A stretch of DNA of 64,000 bases from Actinomycetes bacterium (lineage in GTDB: Bacteria; Actinomycetota; Thermoleophilia; UBA2241): the NCBI GenBank assembly GCA_029547745.1, contig JAKPOQ010000033.1:59129-123128 (forward strand). Direction: 5' to 3'. Below are positions 37,072 to 49,510 of this stretch, piece by piece. Both the position numbers and the translations under genes were made by a program. The notes under the pieces are model-generated. The model had not been told where the DNA came from, made no database searches, and saw only the letters and a list, made by a program, of their open reading frames with translations. Positions within the stretch are counted from its first letter, which is position 1. The number at the start of each line of letters is the position of its first letter.

Positions 37072-37881
37072 TCAGGCGGCCCCGTCGCCTGACGCGCCGG
37101 ACGGTCCGCCGGCAGCGTCCGTCGCGGCGAGCGGCAGCGGGTCGCCCTCCACTTCGGCGGCCATCGCCCGGTCGGCGTCCTCCCCGGCGCGGCGCAGGGC
37201 GTCGACCTCGTCCGTCGAGAGTCCGCGGTGTTCGCCGACCGCAAGGCCCTTGTCCGACAGCGGCCCGTACCGGCGGCGGTGAAGCTCTTCGACCGGGAGG
37301 CCGAGGGCCTCGAACATGCGCCGCACCTGCCGCTTGCGGCCCTCGTGGATCGTCACGTCGAGCAGCGCCGTCTTCGCGCTCTGCTTGCGCAGCTCCACAT
37401 CCGCCGGAGCTGTGACGCCGTCCTCGAGCACGACGCCCTCGCGAAGGCTCGCCAGGGCCCGCCGCGTGACCTTGCCGTGCACGCGCACCCGGTACGTCTT
37501 CGGGACCCCGTAGCGGGGATGCATGAGCCGGTTGGCGAGCACCCCGTCGTTCGTCAGCACGATCAGCCCTGTCGTGTCGACGTCGAGGCGGCCGACGGGG
37601 AACAGCGTCCGCCCGTCCGGCACGAGGTCGACGATCACGCGTTCGGCGTGCGGGTCGCTGCGCGTGCTCGCCACGCCCCGCGGCTTGTTGACGAGCACGT
37701 AGCGGACGTCGCGGAGGGCGACCGGGTCGCCGTTCACGGCGACGGTGTCGCCCTCCGCGACCTTCTGACGCGGGAACGTCACGGTCTCGCCGTTCACGGT
37801 CACGGCGCCGCTGCGCACAAGCTCGTCGCAAGACCGCCGCGACCCCACGCCAGCGCGGGCGAGGAACGTCACGAGGTTCAT
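37072..37881 (-). CDS. rluB: rRNA pseudouridine synthase (RsuA/RluB family)
   Basis: S4 domain plus the RluB catalytic GRLDVDTTGLIVLTND and YRVRVHG motifs; start at MNLVTFL (ATG 37881). Confidence 0.85.
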   Translation of the reverse strand: MNLVTFLARAGVGSRRSCDELVRSGAVTVNGETVTFPRQKVAEGDTVAVNGDPVALRDVRYVLVNKPRGVASTRSDPHAERVIVDLVPDGRTLFPVGRLDVDTTGLIVLTNDGVLANRLMHPRYGVPKTYRVRVHGKVTRRALASLREGVVLEDGVTAPADVELRKQSAKTALLDVTIHEGRKRQVRRMFEALGLPVEELHRRRYGPLSDKGLAVGEHRGLSTDEVDALRRAGEDADRAMAAEVEGDPLPLAATDAAGGPSGASGDGAA

Positions 37882-37892
37882 GGGCTCGCGAC

Positions 37893-38468
37893 TCACGTCC
37901 GCCTCCGCGCGGCGTTGGCCATGAGGCGGGCGCGGATCTCTTCGACCTCGCCCGCCTCGAGGGCGAACTCGTCCAGCGGCGGCAGTTCGTCTCGCGAGCG
38001 CAGCCCGAACAGCTTGAGGAAGCGGTCGGTGGTGCCGTAGAGGATCGGCGCCCCCGGCGTGGCCGCCCGACCACGCTCCTCGATGAGGCCGCGCTCCTCG
38101 AGTCCCGCGAGGGCCCACTCCGACGACACGCCGCGGACCTCGGCGACGTCCGCCCTCGTCACGGGCTCGAGATACGCGACGACGCTCAGCGTCTCAAGCA
38201 ACGCCGGGCTGAGGTCGTCGGGCCGCTCGAGCCCACTGTGGCGGCGGACGGTCTCGGCGCAGTCGTCGGCGACCGCGAACGTGAAGCCGCCGCCGACCTC
38301 CGTCACGACGATGCCGTGGCGACCGGCCGCATACTCGGCGACGAGCCCGGCGAGAGCCGGGTCGACATCCGTCGCGGTCGCCTCACAGGCAGCGGCGAGG
38401 TCCTCCACGGCCAGCGGGCGCGGAGAGATGAACAGCAGGGCTTCGAGTCGTCGTGCGAGATCGTCCAT
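37893..38468 (-). CDS. scpB: Segregation and condensation protein B
   Basis: RLEALLFISPRPLAVEDLA... and two winged-helix repeats. Confidence 0.85.
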   Translation of the reverse strand: MDDLARRLEALLFISPRPLAVEDLAAACEATATDVDPALAGLVAEYAAGRHGIVVTEVGGGFTFAVADDCAETVRRHSGLERPDDLSPALLETLSVVAYLEPVTRADVAEVRGVSSEWALAGLEERGLIEERGRAATPGAPILYGTTDRFLKLFGLRSRDELPPLDEFALEAGEVEEIRARLMANAARRRT

Positions 38469-38539
38469 GGACACGTCGTGTGGTGACCCAGGCATGCTAC
38501 TCCAGCGGCCCGCGGGACGTCATCCCCGCGGCGCGGCGC

Positions 38540-39376
38540 TCAGCCGGCGACCGCGGGCTCCGGGACGCGCGTGACCTCGATCTCGCCGAAGTGCTGCCTC
38601 TGGCGCAGTCGCGCCTCGCCGCCGGCGTGGAGCTCGAGCAGGGCGAAGAACGTCATGGCACGCTCGAGGCGACCCTTGGGGGCGACGGCGCTGAACGTGA
38701 AGCGGCCCTCCCGGCCAAGCACCTCCCGCAAGCGACGCAGCTCGCGGACCAGCGAGACGGCGAGATCGGCCAGATGACTCGTGTCGGGCTGCGGGGGGTC
38801 GCGCAGGAGCGGCGCCAGGGCGCCGGCCAAGACCGCAGGCGCGAACCGCGCCTGCGGTACGGGCCGGCGCAGCAGCGCCGCCGGCGGCGGCGCGTTGCGG
38901 TACAGGCGGCCGGCGTGGACCTCCCAACGCTCGCCCATCATGGCGGCGGCGTTGCGGAACTGCCCGTAGCGCACGAGACGCTCGACGAGCTGCCGCGCCG
39001 CTTCGTCCGGGTCGAGCTCGTCGAGCTCGACCGCGCTCTCGTCCTCCAGCAGAAGGCGTGACTTCATCTCGAGCAGCGCGGCGACGAGCACGACGAACTG
39101 GGAGGTCGCGTCGAGGTCGAACTCGCCGCTGTCGGCGAGGCGTACGACGTACTCGGCGATGATGCCCGAGACGCGCACCTCCCAGATGTCGATCTCGTCG
39201 CGCAGGATAAGAGTGACGAGCAGGTCGAAGGGCCCGTCGAAGACGTCGAGGTCGAGATCGAGGTCGACGCCCGGGGCGGCGGTGCCCGGGGACCCGGGAC
39301 GTTCGGCACCGGACTCGCCGGTCCACCTGCGGCGACCGGCGTCCGGCCGCGGCGCCGTCGCCCCGCCCCGTGCCAT
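38540..39376 (-). CDS. scpA: Segregation and condensation protein A (kleisin)
   Basis: VFDGPFDLLVTLILRDEIDIWEVRVSGIIAEY... is the ScpA N-terminal signature, followed by the C-terminal winged helix. Confidence 0.85.
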   Translation of the reverse strand: MARGGATAPRPDAGRRRWTGESGAERPGSPGTAAPGVDLDLDLDVFDGPFDLLVTLILRDEIDIWEVRVSGIIAEYVVRLADSGEFDLDATSQFVVLVAALLEMKSRLLLEDESAVELDELDPDEAARQLVERLVRYGQFRNAAAMMGERWEVHAGRLYRNAPPPAALLRRPVPQARFAPAVLAGALAPLLRDPPQPDTSHLADLAVSLVRELRRLREVLGREGRFTFSAVAPKGRLERAMTFFALLELHAGGEARLRQRQHFGEIEVTRVPEPAVAG

Positions 39377-39384
39377 GCCGCCCT

Positions 39385-40557
39385 CTACTCCTTCGGCTGG
39401 TGGATGAAGGACGGGATCTCGAAGTCGCCCGTGGGCGGCTCGCCGAACCGCGTGGACGGCTCGCGTCGGACGCGGTCACCAGGCTCTTCGCCGCCGCGAG
39501 ACGGGCCACCGGCGACCTGCTCGCCGAACCCGGTCGCCACGACCGTCACGGCGATCTTGCCCTCGAGGCGCTCGTCGAGCACGGCGCCGAAGATGATGTT
39601 GGCGTCGTCGTGCGCCGCCGCGGCGATCGTCCCGGCCGTCTCGTTGACCTCGAAGAGGGTGAGGTCGCCGCCGCCCGTGATGTTGAGCAGGATGCCACGC
39701 GCACCCTCGATCGACGTCTCGAGCAACGGCGAGTGAATGGCCATCTCGGCGGCGACCTGGGCGCGGTTCTCGCCGCTCCCGACGCCCACGCCGAGCAGCG
39801 CCGTGCCGGCGTCCTTGACGATCGTCCGCACGTCGGCGAAGTCGAGGTTGATGAGCCCCGGCACGGTGATGAGGTCCGAGATCCCCTGCACGCCTTGGCG
39901 GAGGATGTCGTCGGCGTGACGGAACGCCTCGACGACGCTCGTCGTGCGCTCCACCACCTCGACGAGACGATCGTTGGGGATGGCGATGACCGTGTCGGCC
40001 ACGCCGCGCAGCTTGCCGATACCCTCCTCGGCCTGTCGCATGCGGCGGTTGCCCTCGAAGTGGAACGGTTTGGTCACGATGGCGATGGTGACGGCGCCCA
40101 ACTCACGCGCCACGGCGGCGATCACCGGCGCCCCGCCGGTGCCCGTGCCGCCGCCTTCGCCGGCGGTCACGAACACCAGATCGGCGCCGCGCAACGCCGC
40201 CTTGAGCTGGTCGCGTGACGCTTCCATGGCCTCGCGTCCCACCTCCGGGTCGGCGCCGCCGCCGAGACCGTGGGTGATCTCCTGGCCGATGTGGATCTTG
40301 ACGTCGGCGTCGCAGACGTCGAGCTGCTGGACGTCAGTGTTGACGGCGATGAACTCGACACCCTTGACGCCGGAGTCGACCATGCGGTTGACGGCGTTCG
40401 TCCCCGCCCCGCCGACGCCGACGACCTTGATGGTCGTCACGTACGGCCGGCCCTTCACCGGCGCCTCGAGGCCCGCATAATCGCCGGGAGGCGGACCGCC
40501 GTCCGTGCGCCGGAAGAGCTCGCTCAACCCATCCTTCATGCTAGGACGATCGACCAT
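39385..40557 (-). CDS. ftsZ: Cell division GTPase FtsZ with an approximately 40 aa N-terminal extension
   Basis: IKVVGVGGAGTNAVNRM, the tubulin signature GEGGGTGTGGAP, NTDVQQL, the T7-loop region and the conserved C-terminal peptide DFEIPSFI; GGGAGGTG Shine-Dalgarno lies inside the 3' end of the upstream parA-like gene and the reading frames overlap by 17 nt. Confidence 0.92.
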   Translation of the reverse strand: MVDRPSMKDGLSELFRRTDGGPPPGDYAGLEAPVKGRPYVTTIKVVGVGGAGTNAVNRMVDSGVKGVEFIAVNTDVQQLDVCDADVKIHIGQEITHGLGGGADPEVGREAMEASRDQLKAALRGADLVFVTAGEGGGTGTGGAPVIAAVARELGAVTIAIVTKPFHFEGNRRMRQAEEGIGKLRGVADTVIAIPNDRLVEVVERTTSVVEAFRHADDILRQGVQGISDLITVPGLINLDFADVRTIVKDAGTALLGVGVGSGENRAQVAAEMAIHSPLLETSIEGARGILLNITGGGDLTLFEVNETAGTIAAAAHDDANIIFGAVLDERLEGKIAVTVVATGFGEQVAGGPSRGGEEPGDRVRREPSTRFGEPPTGDFEIPSFIHQPKE

Positions 40558-41299
40558 TCAGCACCTCCCGCGCAAGCGCACGGTACGCCTCGGCTCCCCT
40601 CCCCTGCGGGTCGTACTTGAGCACCGAACTCCCGATGACCGGCGCCTCGGCGAACTTGATGGTCTTCCGGACCACGGTGTCGAACACAAGCTTACCGAAA
40701 TTCTCGCGCAGGACCTCGATGGATTCCTGGCCGTGCTTGGTGCGGGCGTCGTACAGCGTCGGCAGGATGCCCTTGATCTTGACGTCCGGGTTGAGGTTCT
40801 CGCGGATCATGTCGAGCGTCCGTTCGAGCTGCAGGAGGCCACGCAGCGAGAGGTACTCGCACTGCACCGGGACGATGACGCCCTCGGCGGCGGTGAGCGC
40901 GTTGATGGTCAGCAGGCCGAGCGACGGCGGCGTGTCGATGAGGATGTAGTCGTACTGGTCGCGCACCTCGGCGAGGGCGCGCTGAAGGGCGCGCTCGCGG
41001 CCGATCATCGACGACAGCGCCATCTCGGCGCCGGCCAGGTCGATGGTCGACGCGGCGACGTCGAACTCGCGCTCGTAGACGACCTCGGTGATCGGCACGC
41101 GGTGGACGAGGACGTCGTACATGCTCTTCCCGAGGTCCTCGGTGTCGATGCCCTGACTCATCGTCAGGTTGCCCTGGGGGTCCATGTCGACGGCGAGTAC
41201 GGTAAGACCCCGCTCGCGCAGGGCGGCGCCGAGGTTCACCGTCGAAGTCGTCTTCGCCACTCCCCCCTTCTGGTTGGCGAAGGCCAGGACATGCGCCAT
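40541..41299 (-). CDS. parA: Orphan ParA/Soj-type ATPase (PldP/Rv1708-like); no adjacent parB
   Basis: AFANQKGGVAKTTSTVNLGAAL deviant Walker A and Soj-like sequence throughout (IDTPPSLGLLTINAL, YDARTK, KYDPQGRGAEAYRALA); GAGGAGCGAG Shine-Dalgarno; stop at 40541 lies inside ftsZ. Confidence 0.88.
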   Translation of the reverse strand: MAHVLAFANQKGGVAKTTSTVNLGAALRERGLTVLAVDMDPQGNLTMSQGIDTEDLGKSMYDVLVHRVPITEVVYEREFDVAASTIDLAGAEMALSSMIGRERALQRALAEVRDQYDYILIDTPPSLGLLTINALTAAEGVIVPVQCEYLSLRGLLQLERTLDMIRENLNPDVKIKGILPTLYDARTKHGQESIEVLRENFGKLVFDTVVRKTIKFAEAPVIGSSVLKYDPQGRGAEAYRALAREVLNGRSS

Positions 41300-41432
41300 G
41301 GGGACTCGCTCCTCGTTCGACACCACGTCACGAGGCTGTTCGTGGCGCAGGCTGGAATCCCTGCACGGCGAGACCCTGCTGTCTCTGCAGGGCGCCGCCG
41401 TGCCTGGATCTCAGGATCGGCCCGCGCGAGGC

Positions 41433-41849
41433 TCAGGCCGGCTTCTTGGAGCCGCTCGCCGCCTCCTGCGTGACGTCGGCCTCGTCCCCGGGGTCGGTCG
41501 CTTCGTCGAGCGCCTCCTCGTCGGCCGCCTCGATCTCGTCGACGGCGTCGATCTCGTCGTCCGCCGCGAACTCCTCCTCGTACTCCTCTTCCTCTTCCTC
41601 TTCCTCGCTCACGATCTGCGAGATCGCGCGCTTGAGGAAGCGGACGCGAGTGCCCTTGGAGACGTCCATCTCGACCCAGTCGTCGCCGATGCGGCGGATC
41701 ACGCCGAACATGCCGCCGATGGTGACGACCTCGTCGCCCTTCTTGAGCATCGCCACCATCTCTTGATGCGCCTGGCGCTGCTTGCGCTGCGGGCGCACGG
41801 CGAGGAAGTAGAAGATCCCGAAGAAGATCAGGATATAGATGATGAGCAT
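41433..41849 (-). CDS. yajC: Preprotein translocase subunit YajC with an acidic Glu/Asp-rich C-terminal tail
   Basis: MLIIYILIFFGIFYFLAVRPQRKQRQAHQEMVAMLKKGDEVVTIGGMFG is the YajC core, followed by a SEEEEEEEEYEEEF acidic extension; alternative GTG start at 41864 sits 5 nt after a GGAGAG. Confidence 0.85.
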   Translation of the reverse strand: MLIIYILIFFGIFYFLAVRPQRKQRQAHQEMVAMLKKGDEVVTIGGMFGVIRRIGDDWVEMDVSKGTRVRFLKRAISQIVSEEEEEEEEYEEEFAADDEIDAVDEIEAADEEALDEATDPGDEADVTQEAASGSKKPA

Positions 41850-41866
41850 CCCGGTGCCAGCCACGT

Positions 41867-44159
<2,293 letters not shown>

Positions 44160-44163
<4 letters not shown>

Positions 44164-44819
44164 CGTGTCGACCTCCTCGCCCGGCGTTGGTGCCACGCCT
44201 CCCACTTGCTCGCCGCACAGCCGCAGTAGACCTGTCGGTACAGACCCAGCCGCCGGCTCTCGGCGTAGCTCTCGCGGAAGCGGGGACGCAGGTCCACGTA
44301 GATGAACTCGACCCCCTGCAGTTCGGCGGCCTCCCGCCCCGCGAGGCGGATCAGGTCGTGGCGCTGGTAGGGACTCACGCTGAGCGTCGTCGAGAAGCGC
44401 GCCGCTCCCGCCCGCACGGCGGCCGCCGCCGCATCGGCCATCCGCAGGCGCAGGCACGCGGCGCAGCGCGCCTCCGGCGGCGTCGCCGACAGCGACGCCG
44501 CCCAGGCGCGCCACGCGGAGCCGCCGGCGGAGCCGCCGTCGCTCGCGGCCTCGGTCGCGAAGCCCACCCGCACCGGGGCGGCGCGCTCGTCCGCGCACCC
44601 TGCGGCGTCGTCCGCCGCCGCGGGAGCGGCGCCGACCACCGCGAGCTCCTCGGCGGCCGCGAAGCGCAGGAGGCTCTGACGGCGGCGCTCATGCTCGACC
44701 GCCGGCTGGATGTTGGGGTTCCAGAACCACAGCCGCGGCTCGAGACCCTCGGCCCGCCAGGCGGGCACGGCGACGGTGGCGCAGGGGCCGCAGCAGGCGT
44801 GGAGGAAGAGGTCGTCCAT
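44160..44819 (-). CDS. queH: Epoxyqueuosine reductase QueH (DUF208)
   Basis: LHACCGPC... and a second Cys cluster typical of QueH; a TATACT -10 box ends 6 nt before the ATG, so the mRNA is probably leaderless. Confidence 0.85.
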
Positions 44820-44888
44820 GGTCCGAGTATAGCGACTGCCCGCAGGCCTTCTTGCGGCGCCCCCGTCGGCCGGCGACGCCGCCGGGGT

Positions 44889-45923
44889 TCAGCTCTCGTC
44901 GAACAGCGTCCCGGCCTGCGCCGGCGGTCTGAGGCCACAGTGCACGAAGCCGCTGCGCGTGAGCACGCGGCCCCGTGGCGTGCGTTTGAGGAAGCCCTGC
45001 ATGATGAGGTACGGCTCGTAGACGTCCTGCAGGGTGTCGGCCTCTTCGCCGAGGGCGACGGCGAGCGTGTCGAGACCCACCGGACCACCGTCGAACTTCT
45101 GCGCGATCGCACAGAGGATGTCGCGGTCGAGCTTGTCGAGGCCCTCGCCGTCGACCTGGAAGAGGTCGAGGGCGGCGAGACAGATGTCGTGCTCGATGCG
45201 GCCCTCGTGGCGTACCTCGGCATAGTCGCGCACGCGGCGCAGCAGACGGTTGGCCACGCGCGGCGTTCCGCGGGCGCGACTCGCGATCTCGCCCGCCGAG
45301 GCGTCGTCGATCTCGAGGCTGAGGATGCCGGCCGAGCGATGCACGATCGCCGTGAGCTCGTCGACGTCGTAGTACTCAAGGCGTTGCCAGACACCGAAGC
45401 GGTCGCGCAACGGCGTCGTCAGCAGACCGGTGCGCGTCGTCGCCCCGATGAGCGTGAACGGCGGCACCTGCATGCGGATGCTGCGAGCCGCCGGTCCCTC
45501 GCCGATCATGATGTCGATCTCGAAGTCCTCCATGGCCGGGTAGAGGACCTCCTCCACCGCGGCATTGAGACGATGGATCTCGTCGACGAACAGGACGTCG
45601 CCGCGCTGCAGGTTGGTGAGCAGCCCGGCGACGTCGACCTTGCGCTCGAGCGCCGGCCCGGAGGTCGTGTGGACGTTCACGCCGAGCTCGATGGCGATGA
45701 TGCCGGCGAGCGTCGTCTTGCCCAGACCGGGCGGTCCGGCGAGCAACACATGGTCGAGCGTGTCGCCGCGGTTCCTGGCCGCGGCGACGAAGATCTCGAG
45801 CTGCTCCTTGGCGGCGCGCTGGCCGACGAAGTCGGCGAAGCGTCTGGGTCGTAGCGAGACCTCGACGTCGCGTTCCTCCGGACGCTCGACCGGGTCGCCG
45901 ATCCTGTCCCGACGGGTGCTCAC
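44889..45923 (-). CDS. ruvB: Holliday junction branch migration helicase RuvB
   Basis: [14 protein letters not shown] Walker A, DEIHRL, TTR sensor and C-terminal winged helix. Confidence 0.94.
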   Translation of the reverse strand: MSTRRDRIGDPVERPEERDVEVSLRPRRFADFVGQRAAKEQLEIFVAAARNRGDTLDHVLLAGPPGLGKTTLAGIIAIELGVNVHTTSGPALERKVDVAGLLTNLQRGDVLFVDEIHRLNAAVEEVLYPAMEDFEIDIMIGEGPAARSIRMQVPPFTLIGATTRTGLLTTPLRDRFGVWQRLEYYDVDELTAIVHRSAGILSLEIDDASAGEIASRARGTPRVANRLLRRVRDYAEVRHEGRIEHDICLAALDLFQVDGEGLDKLDRDILCAIAQKFDGGPVGLDTLAVALGEEADTLQDVYEPYLIMQGFLKRTPRGRVLTRSGFVHCGLRPPAQAGTLFDES

Positions 45924-46525
45924 GACGGCCTCGCGCGCGAGAGCGCATGCTGCAGGAGCGCCTGAAGGTCCGCGCCCTCGGGCGCGCCGCGCAGCGCCTC
46001 TTCTGCCTCGCGCAGCGTGAGACCGAGGTTCTGCAACGCCGACCGCGCCTCGAGGACGATGTCGGCGCCCGGCGTGGGCGCGCCGGCGAAGCCGTCGCCG
46101 GCCGGCGCGCCCACGCCGGGCGCCCCCACCCTGTCCTTGAGCTCCACGACGAGCCGCTGGGCGAGGCGTTTGCCGATGCCGGGGATGGACTCGAACTTCT
46201 TCACGTCCTCGAAGGCGATCGCCCTCTCGAGCTCCGTCACCGGGTACCCCGAGAGGACGGCGAGCGCGACCTTGGGCCCCACTCCGCTCACCCCGATGAG
46301 AGCGAGGAAGAAAGCGCGCTCGCGGGCGCTGCGAAACCCGAACAGTTGCAGAGCGTCCTCGCGCACGTGCAGGTACGTGTGGAGCTGGACCTCCTCGCCG
46401 ACCTGGCGCGACAGGGCCGAGAGCGTCGGCCCTGCGGCGAGCAGCTCGAGGCCCAGCCCGCCGACGGCGATCACGGCGCGTTCCGCGTCGGCCGACAACA
46501 CCGCGCCCTTGACGGAGGCGATCAC
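45920..46525 (-). CDS. ruvA: Holliday junction DNA helicase RuvA
   Basis: MIASVKG..., the HhH motifs [16 protein letters not shown] and the C-terminal RuvB-binding domain; ATGA overlap with ruvB. Confidence 0.9.
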   Translation of the reverse strand: MIASVKGAVLSADAERAVIAVGGLGLELLAAGPTLSALSRQVGEEVQLHTYLHVREDALQLFGFRSARERAFFLALIGVSGVGPKVALAVLSGYPVTELERAIAFEDVKKFESIPGIGKRLAQRLVVELKDRVGAPGVGAPAGDGFAGAPTPGADIVLEARSALQNLGLTLREAEEALRGAPEGADLQALLQHALSRARPS

Positions 46526-46553
46526 GACTTCACCCGGTCCGTGACGGGGGCGA

Positions 46554-47063
46554 TCACTGCTTCACTCCGTCCTTTGAGGCAGCCAACATCGCGCCGGCGT
46601 GGTTGTGGGCGTGACAGATAGCGACGGCGAGCGCGTCGGCGGCGTGGTCGGGCTGCGGGATACGGTCGAGTCCGAGCAAGACCTTGGTCATCTCCTGGAC
46701 CTGGAGCTTGGTCGCCCGACCATACCCCGTGACCGACATCTTGATCTGCAGGGGCGAGTACTCGAAAGGCGGCTGAGCGAGATCGGCGACCGCGAGGATG
46801 AGGACACCGCGCGCCTGCCCCACAGCGAGTGCGGTCTTGACGTTCACGTTGACGAACAACTCCTCGATCGCCACCACGTCCGGGTGGAAGCGTCGCAGCA
46901 GGGAGCGCGCCTCGTCGTAGATGCGACGCAGGCGCACGGGACTGGGGTCTTTCGCCGACGTGACGATGCATCCATGGCCGCGGGAGCGTAACCGGTTCCC
47001 CTCGTACTCGACCACGCCCCAGCCTGTGCTGGCGGTGCCCGGGTCGATGCCCAGCACGATCAC
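46554..47063 (-). CDS. ruvC: Crossover junction endodeoxyribonuclease RuvC
   Basis: MIVLGIDPGTASTGWGVV... and the RNase H-like catalytic residues. Confidence 0.92.
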   Translation of the reverse strand: MIVLGIDPGTASTGWGVVEYEGNRLRSRGHGCIVTSAKDPSPVRLRRIYDEARSLLRRFHPDVVAIEELFVNVNVKTALAVGQARGVLILAVADLAQPPFEYSPLQIKMSVTGYGRATKLQVQEMTKVLLGLDRIPQPDHAADALAVAICHAHNHAGAMLAASKDGVKQ

Positions 47064-47095
47064 CGTCGCCCCCGCCCCCGTCCGCGACGTCGGCC

Positions 47096-47845
47096 TCAGC
47101 CGGCGATCGCCTCGAGGACCTCCTCGGGGATGTCGAAGTTCGCGTAGACCTCCTGGACGTCATCCGAGTCTTCGAGCGCATCGATGATCCTCATGGTCTT
47201 GCGGGCGTCGTCCTCGTCGAGTTTCACGGTGTTCTTCGGCACCATCGTGAGCTCGGCCTGCTCGAGCTGGATGCCCGCCGCCTGCAGCGCATCGCGCACG
47301 GCAGCGAACTCGGACGGTTGCGTGAGCACCTCGAACTCGGCGCCGTCCTGGACGACGTCGTCGGCGCCGGCCTCGATAGCGGCGGCCATGACGGTGTCCT
47401 CGTCGTACTTCGTCCCGTCGACCACGATCGAACCGCGCCGCTCGAAGCCCCAGGCCACGGCGCCGGGCTGGGCCAATGTGCCTCCATGCTTGCTGAAGAT
47501 GTTGCGTACCTCGGCGGCGGAGCGGTTCCGGTTGTCGGTGAGGACCTCCACCATGATCGCGACGCCGGCTGGCCCGTAACCCTCGTAGACGATGCTCTCA
47601 TACTGGTCGGCGTCGCCGCCGCCCCCGCCACGCTGGATGGCGCGTTCGATGTTCTCTTTCGGCATCGACTCGGCCCTGGCCTTCTCGATCGCGTTGGCCA
47701 GGGCCAGGTTGGTGCCGGGGTCGGCGCCGCCCTCGCGGGCGGCCACGGTGATCGCTCGCGACAGTTTGCTGAACAGCTTGCCGCGCCTGGCGTCGGTCTT
47801 GCCCTTCTTGTGCTTGATGGTCGCCCACTTGGAGTGCCCGGACAC
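47096..47845 (-). CDS. yebC: YebC/PmpR family DNA-binding transcriptional regulator
   Basis: SGHSKWATIKHKKGKTDARRGKLFSKLSRAI is the YebC N-terminal signature; GTG start at 47845 with AGAAGGGGG upstream. Confidence 0.9.
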   Translation of the reverse strand: MSGHSKWATIKHKKGKTDARRGKLFSKLSRAITVAAREGGADPGTNLALANAIEKARAESMPKENIERAIQRGGGGGDADQYESIVYEGYGPAGVAIMVEVLTDNRNRSAAEVRNIFSKHGGTLAQPGAVAWGFERRGSIVVDGTKYDEDTVMAAAIEAGADDVVQDGAEFEVLTQPSEFAAVRDALQAAGIQLEQAELTMVPKNTVKLDEDDARKTMRIIDALEDSDDVQEVYANFDIPEEVLEAIAG

Positions 47846-47859
47846 CAGGACCCCCTTCT

Positions 47860-48612
47860 CTAGCGGTTGCGGATCGCGGCGGGCTGGGCGCGGCGCGCCC
47901 TGGGCGGCTCCGGGGCGACTGCGCCGCAGACGCCGGCCGTCGCCGCCGTGCGTGCCGCGCCGCCGCCCATCATCGCGATGAACGACTCGTGCACGCGCGT
48001 GTCGTCGGTGAGCTCCGGATGGAACGCGGTCACGAGGACGCGCCCCTGACGCGCAGCGACGATGTGACCGTCGTGACGCGCCAGCACTTCGACGGCGGGG
48101 CCGGCGCGTTCGATCCACGGCGCACGGATGAAGACCGCGCGCACGGGCCCGCCGGAGACGCCTGCGATCGCCAGGTCCGCCTCGAAACTGGCGACCTGGC
48201 GCCCGAAGGCGTTGCGGCGGGCGACGATGTCCATGAGGCCGAGCGTCGGCGGGTGGCCCTCGACCGTCTCGCGGGCTACGGTGATGAGTCCGGCGCACGT
48301 GCCGAAGACCGCTCCTCCGCGGGCGTGGAACGCCCGGATCGGAGCGCTCAGCCCGTGCGCCTCCATGAGCTTGTGGATCGTGGTGCTCTCGCCGCCCGGG
48401 ATGACGAGACCGGCGAGGCCGTCCAGCTCGCGCGGACGGCGCACCTCGCGCGCCGCGCACCCCAGGCGTTCGAGCATCGTACGGTGCTCGCGGAAGTCGC
48501 CCTGGAGGGCGAGGACACCGACCGTGAGGCCGACCCCCGGGCCTGTCGGCTCGGGTCGCGACTCGGGCGAGAGGATCGAGTCCGGCCGCCGTGTGCTACG
48601 CGGGACGCTCAC
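47860..48612 (-). CDS. pdxT: Pyridoxal 5'-phosphate synthase glutaminase subunit
   Basis: [16 protein letters not shown] (catalytic Cys) and a His/Glu pair typical of class I glutamine amidotransferases; GTG start at 48612 with a 25 aa N-terminal extension. Confidence 0.88.
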   Translation of the reverse strand: MSVPRSTRRPDSILSPESRPEPTGPGVGLTVGVLALQGDFREHRTMLERLGCAAREVRRPRELDGLAGLVIPGGESTTIHKLMEAHGLSAPIRAFHARGGAVFGTCAGLITVARETVEGHPPTLGLMDIVARRNAFGRQVASFEADLAIAGVSGGPVRAVFIRAPWIERAGPAVEVLARHDGHIVAARQGRVLVTAFHPELTDDTRVHESFIAMMGGGAARTAATAGVCGAVAPEPPRARRAQPAAIRNR

Positions 48613-48625
48613 CGCGGCGGCGCGC

Positions 48626-49510
48626 TCACCAGCCGCGATGCTGGATCTTCGCCTCGGCAGGCATGCGCGCCGCGTCGGTGCCGGCCATCGGTTCGCCGAG
48701 CCCCATCGACACCTCCGCGAGGACCTTCGCGTCGCGGTAGTTGGTCGCGGCGTTGACGATCGCGTTAGCGCGGCTCTGCGGGTCTTCGCTCTTGAAGATG
48801 CCGGAACCCACGAAGACGCCTTCGGCGCCGAGCTGCATCATGAGCGCCGCGTCGGCCGGCGTCGCGATGCCCCCGGCCGAGAAGTTGACCACGGGGAGCT
48901 TGCCGTTCTCGGCCACCCAGCTCACGAGCTCGTACGGCGCCGCGAGCGTCTTGGCGGCCATGAACAGCTCGTCCTCGTCGAGGGTCTGCAGGTGGTGGAT
49001 CTCGCCCATGATGGTGCGCATGTGGCGGACCGCCTCGACGACGTCGCCTGTACCGGCTTCGCCCTTGGTGCGGATCATCGCCGCGCCCTCGCTGATGCGC
49101 CGCAGCGCCTCGCCGAGGTTCACCGCCCCGCACACGAACGGGACCGTGAACTTCCACTTGTTGATGTGGTTGGACTCGTCCGCGGGGGTGAGGACCTCGC
49201 TCTCGTCGATGTAGTCGACCTCGAGGGCCTCGAGGATCTGCGCCTCGACGAAATGCCCGATGCGGGCCTTTGCCATGACGGGGATGGAGACCGACTTCTG
49301 GATCTCGCGGATCTTGGTCGGGTCGGCCATGCGCGCCACACCGCCCTGGGCACGGATGTCGGCCGGCACGCGCTCCAACGCCATGACCGCGCAGGCGCCC
49401 GCGTCCTCCGCGATCTTCGCCTGTTCGGCGCTCGTGACGTCCATGATCACGCCGCCCTTGAGCATGTCGGCAAGGCCGCTCTTGACCCGCATTGTACCGA
49501 TGTCAGACAC
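48626..49510 (-). CDS. pdxS: Pyridoxal 5'-phosphate synthase lyase subunit
   Basis: [23 protein letters not shown]..., ending ...QHRGW; GTG start at 49510 sits 5 nt after GGAGG, alternative ATG at 49492. Confidence 0.92.
   Translation of the reverse strand: MSDIGTMRVKSGLADMLKGGVIMDVTSAEQAKIAEDAGACAVMALERVPADIRAQGGVARMADPTKIREIQKSVSIPVMAKARIGHFVEAQILEALEVDYIDESEVLTPADESNHINKWKFTVPFVCGAVNLGEALRRISEGAAMIRTKGEAGTGDVVEAVRHMRTIMGEIHHLQTLDEDELFMAAKTLAAPYELVSWVAENGKLPVVNFSAGGIATPADAALMMQLGAEGVFVGSGIFKSEDPQSRANAIVNAATNYRDAKVLAEVSMGLGEPMAGTDAARMPAEAKIQHRGW

Noticed and set aside
37072-38118. 348 aa ORF with an N-terminal Arg/Gly/Pro-rich extension before rluB
   Set aside because: Pseudouridine synthase homology starts at MNLVTFL (37881). 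The upstream part overlaps scpB and is compositionally non-coding.
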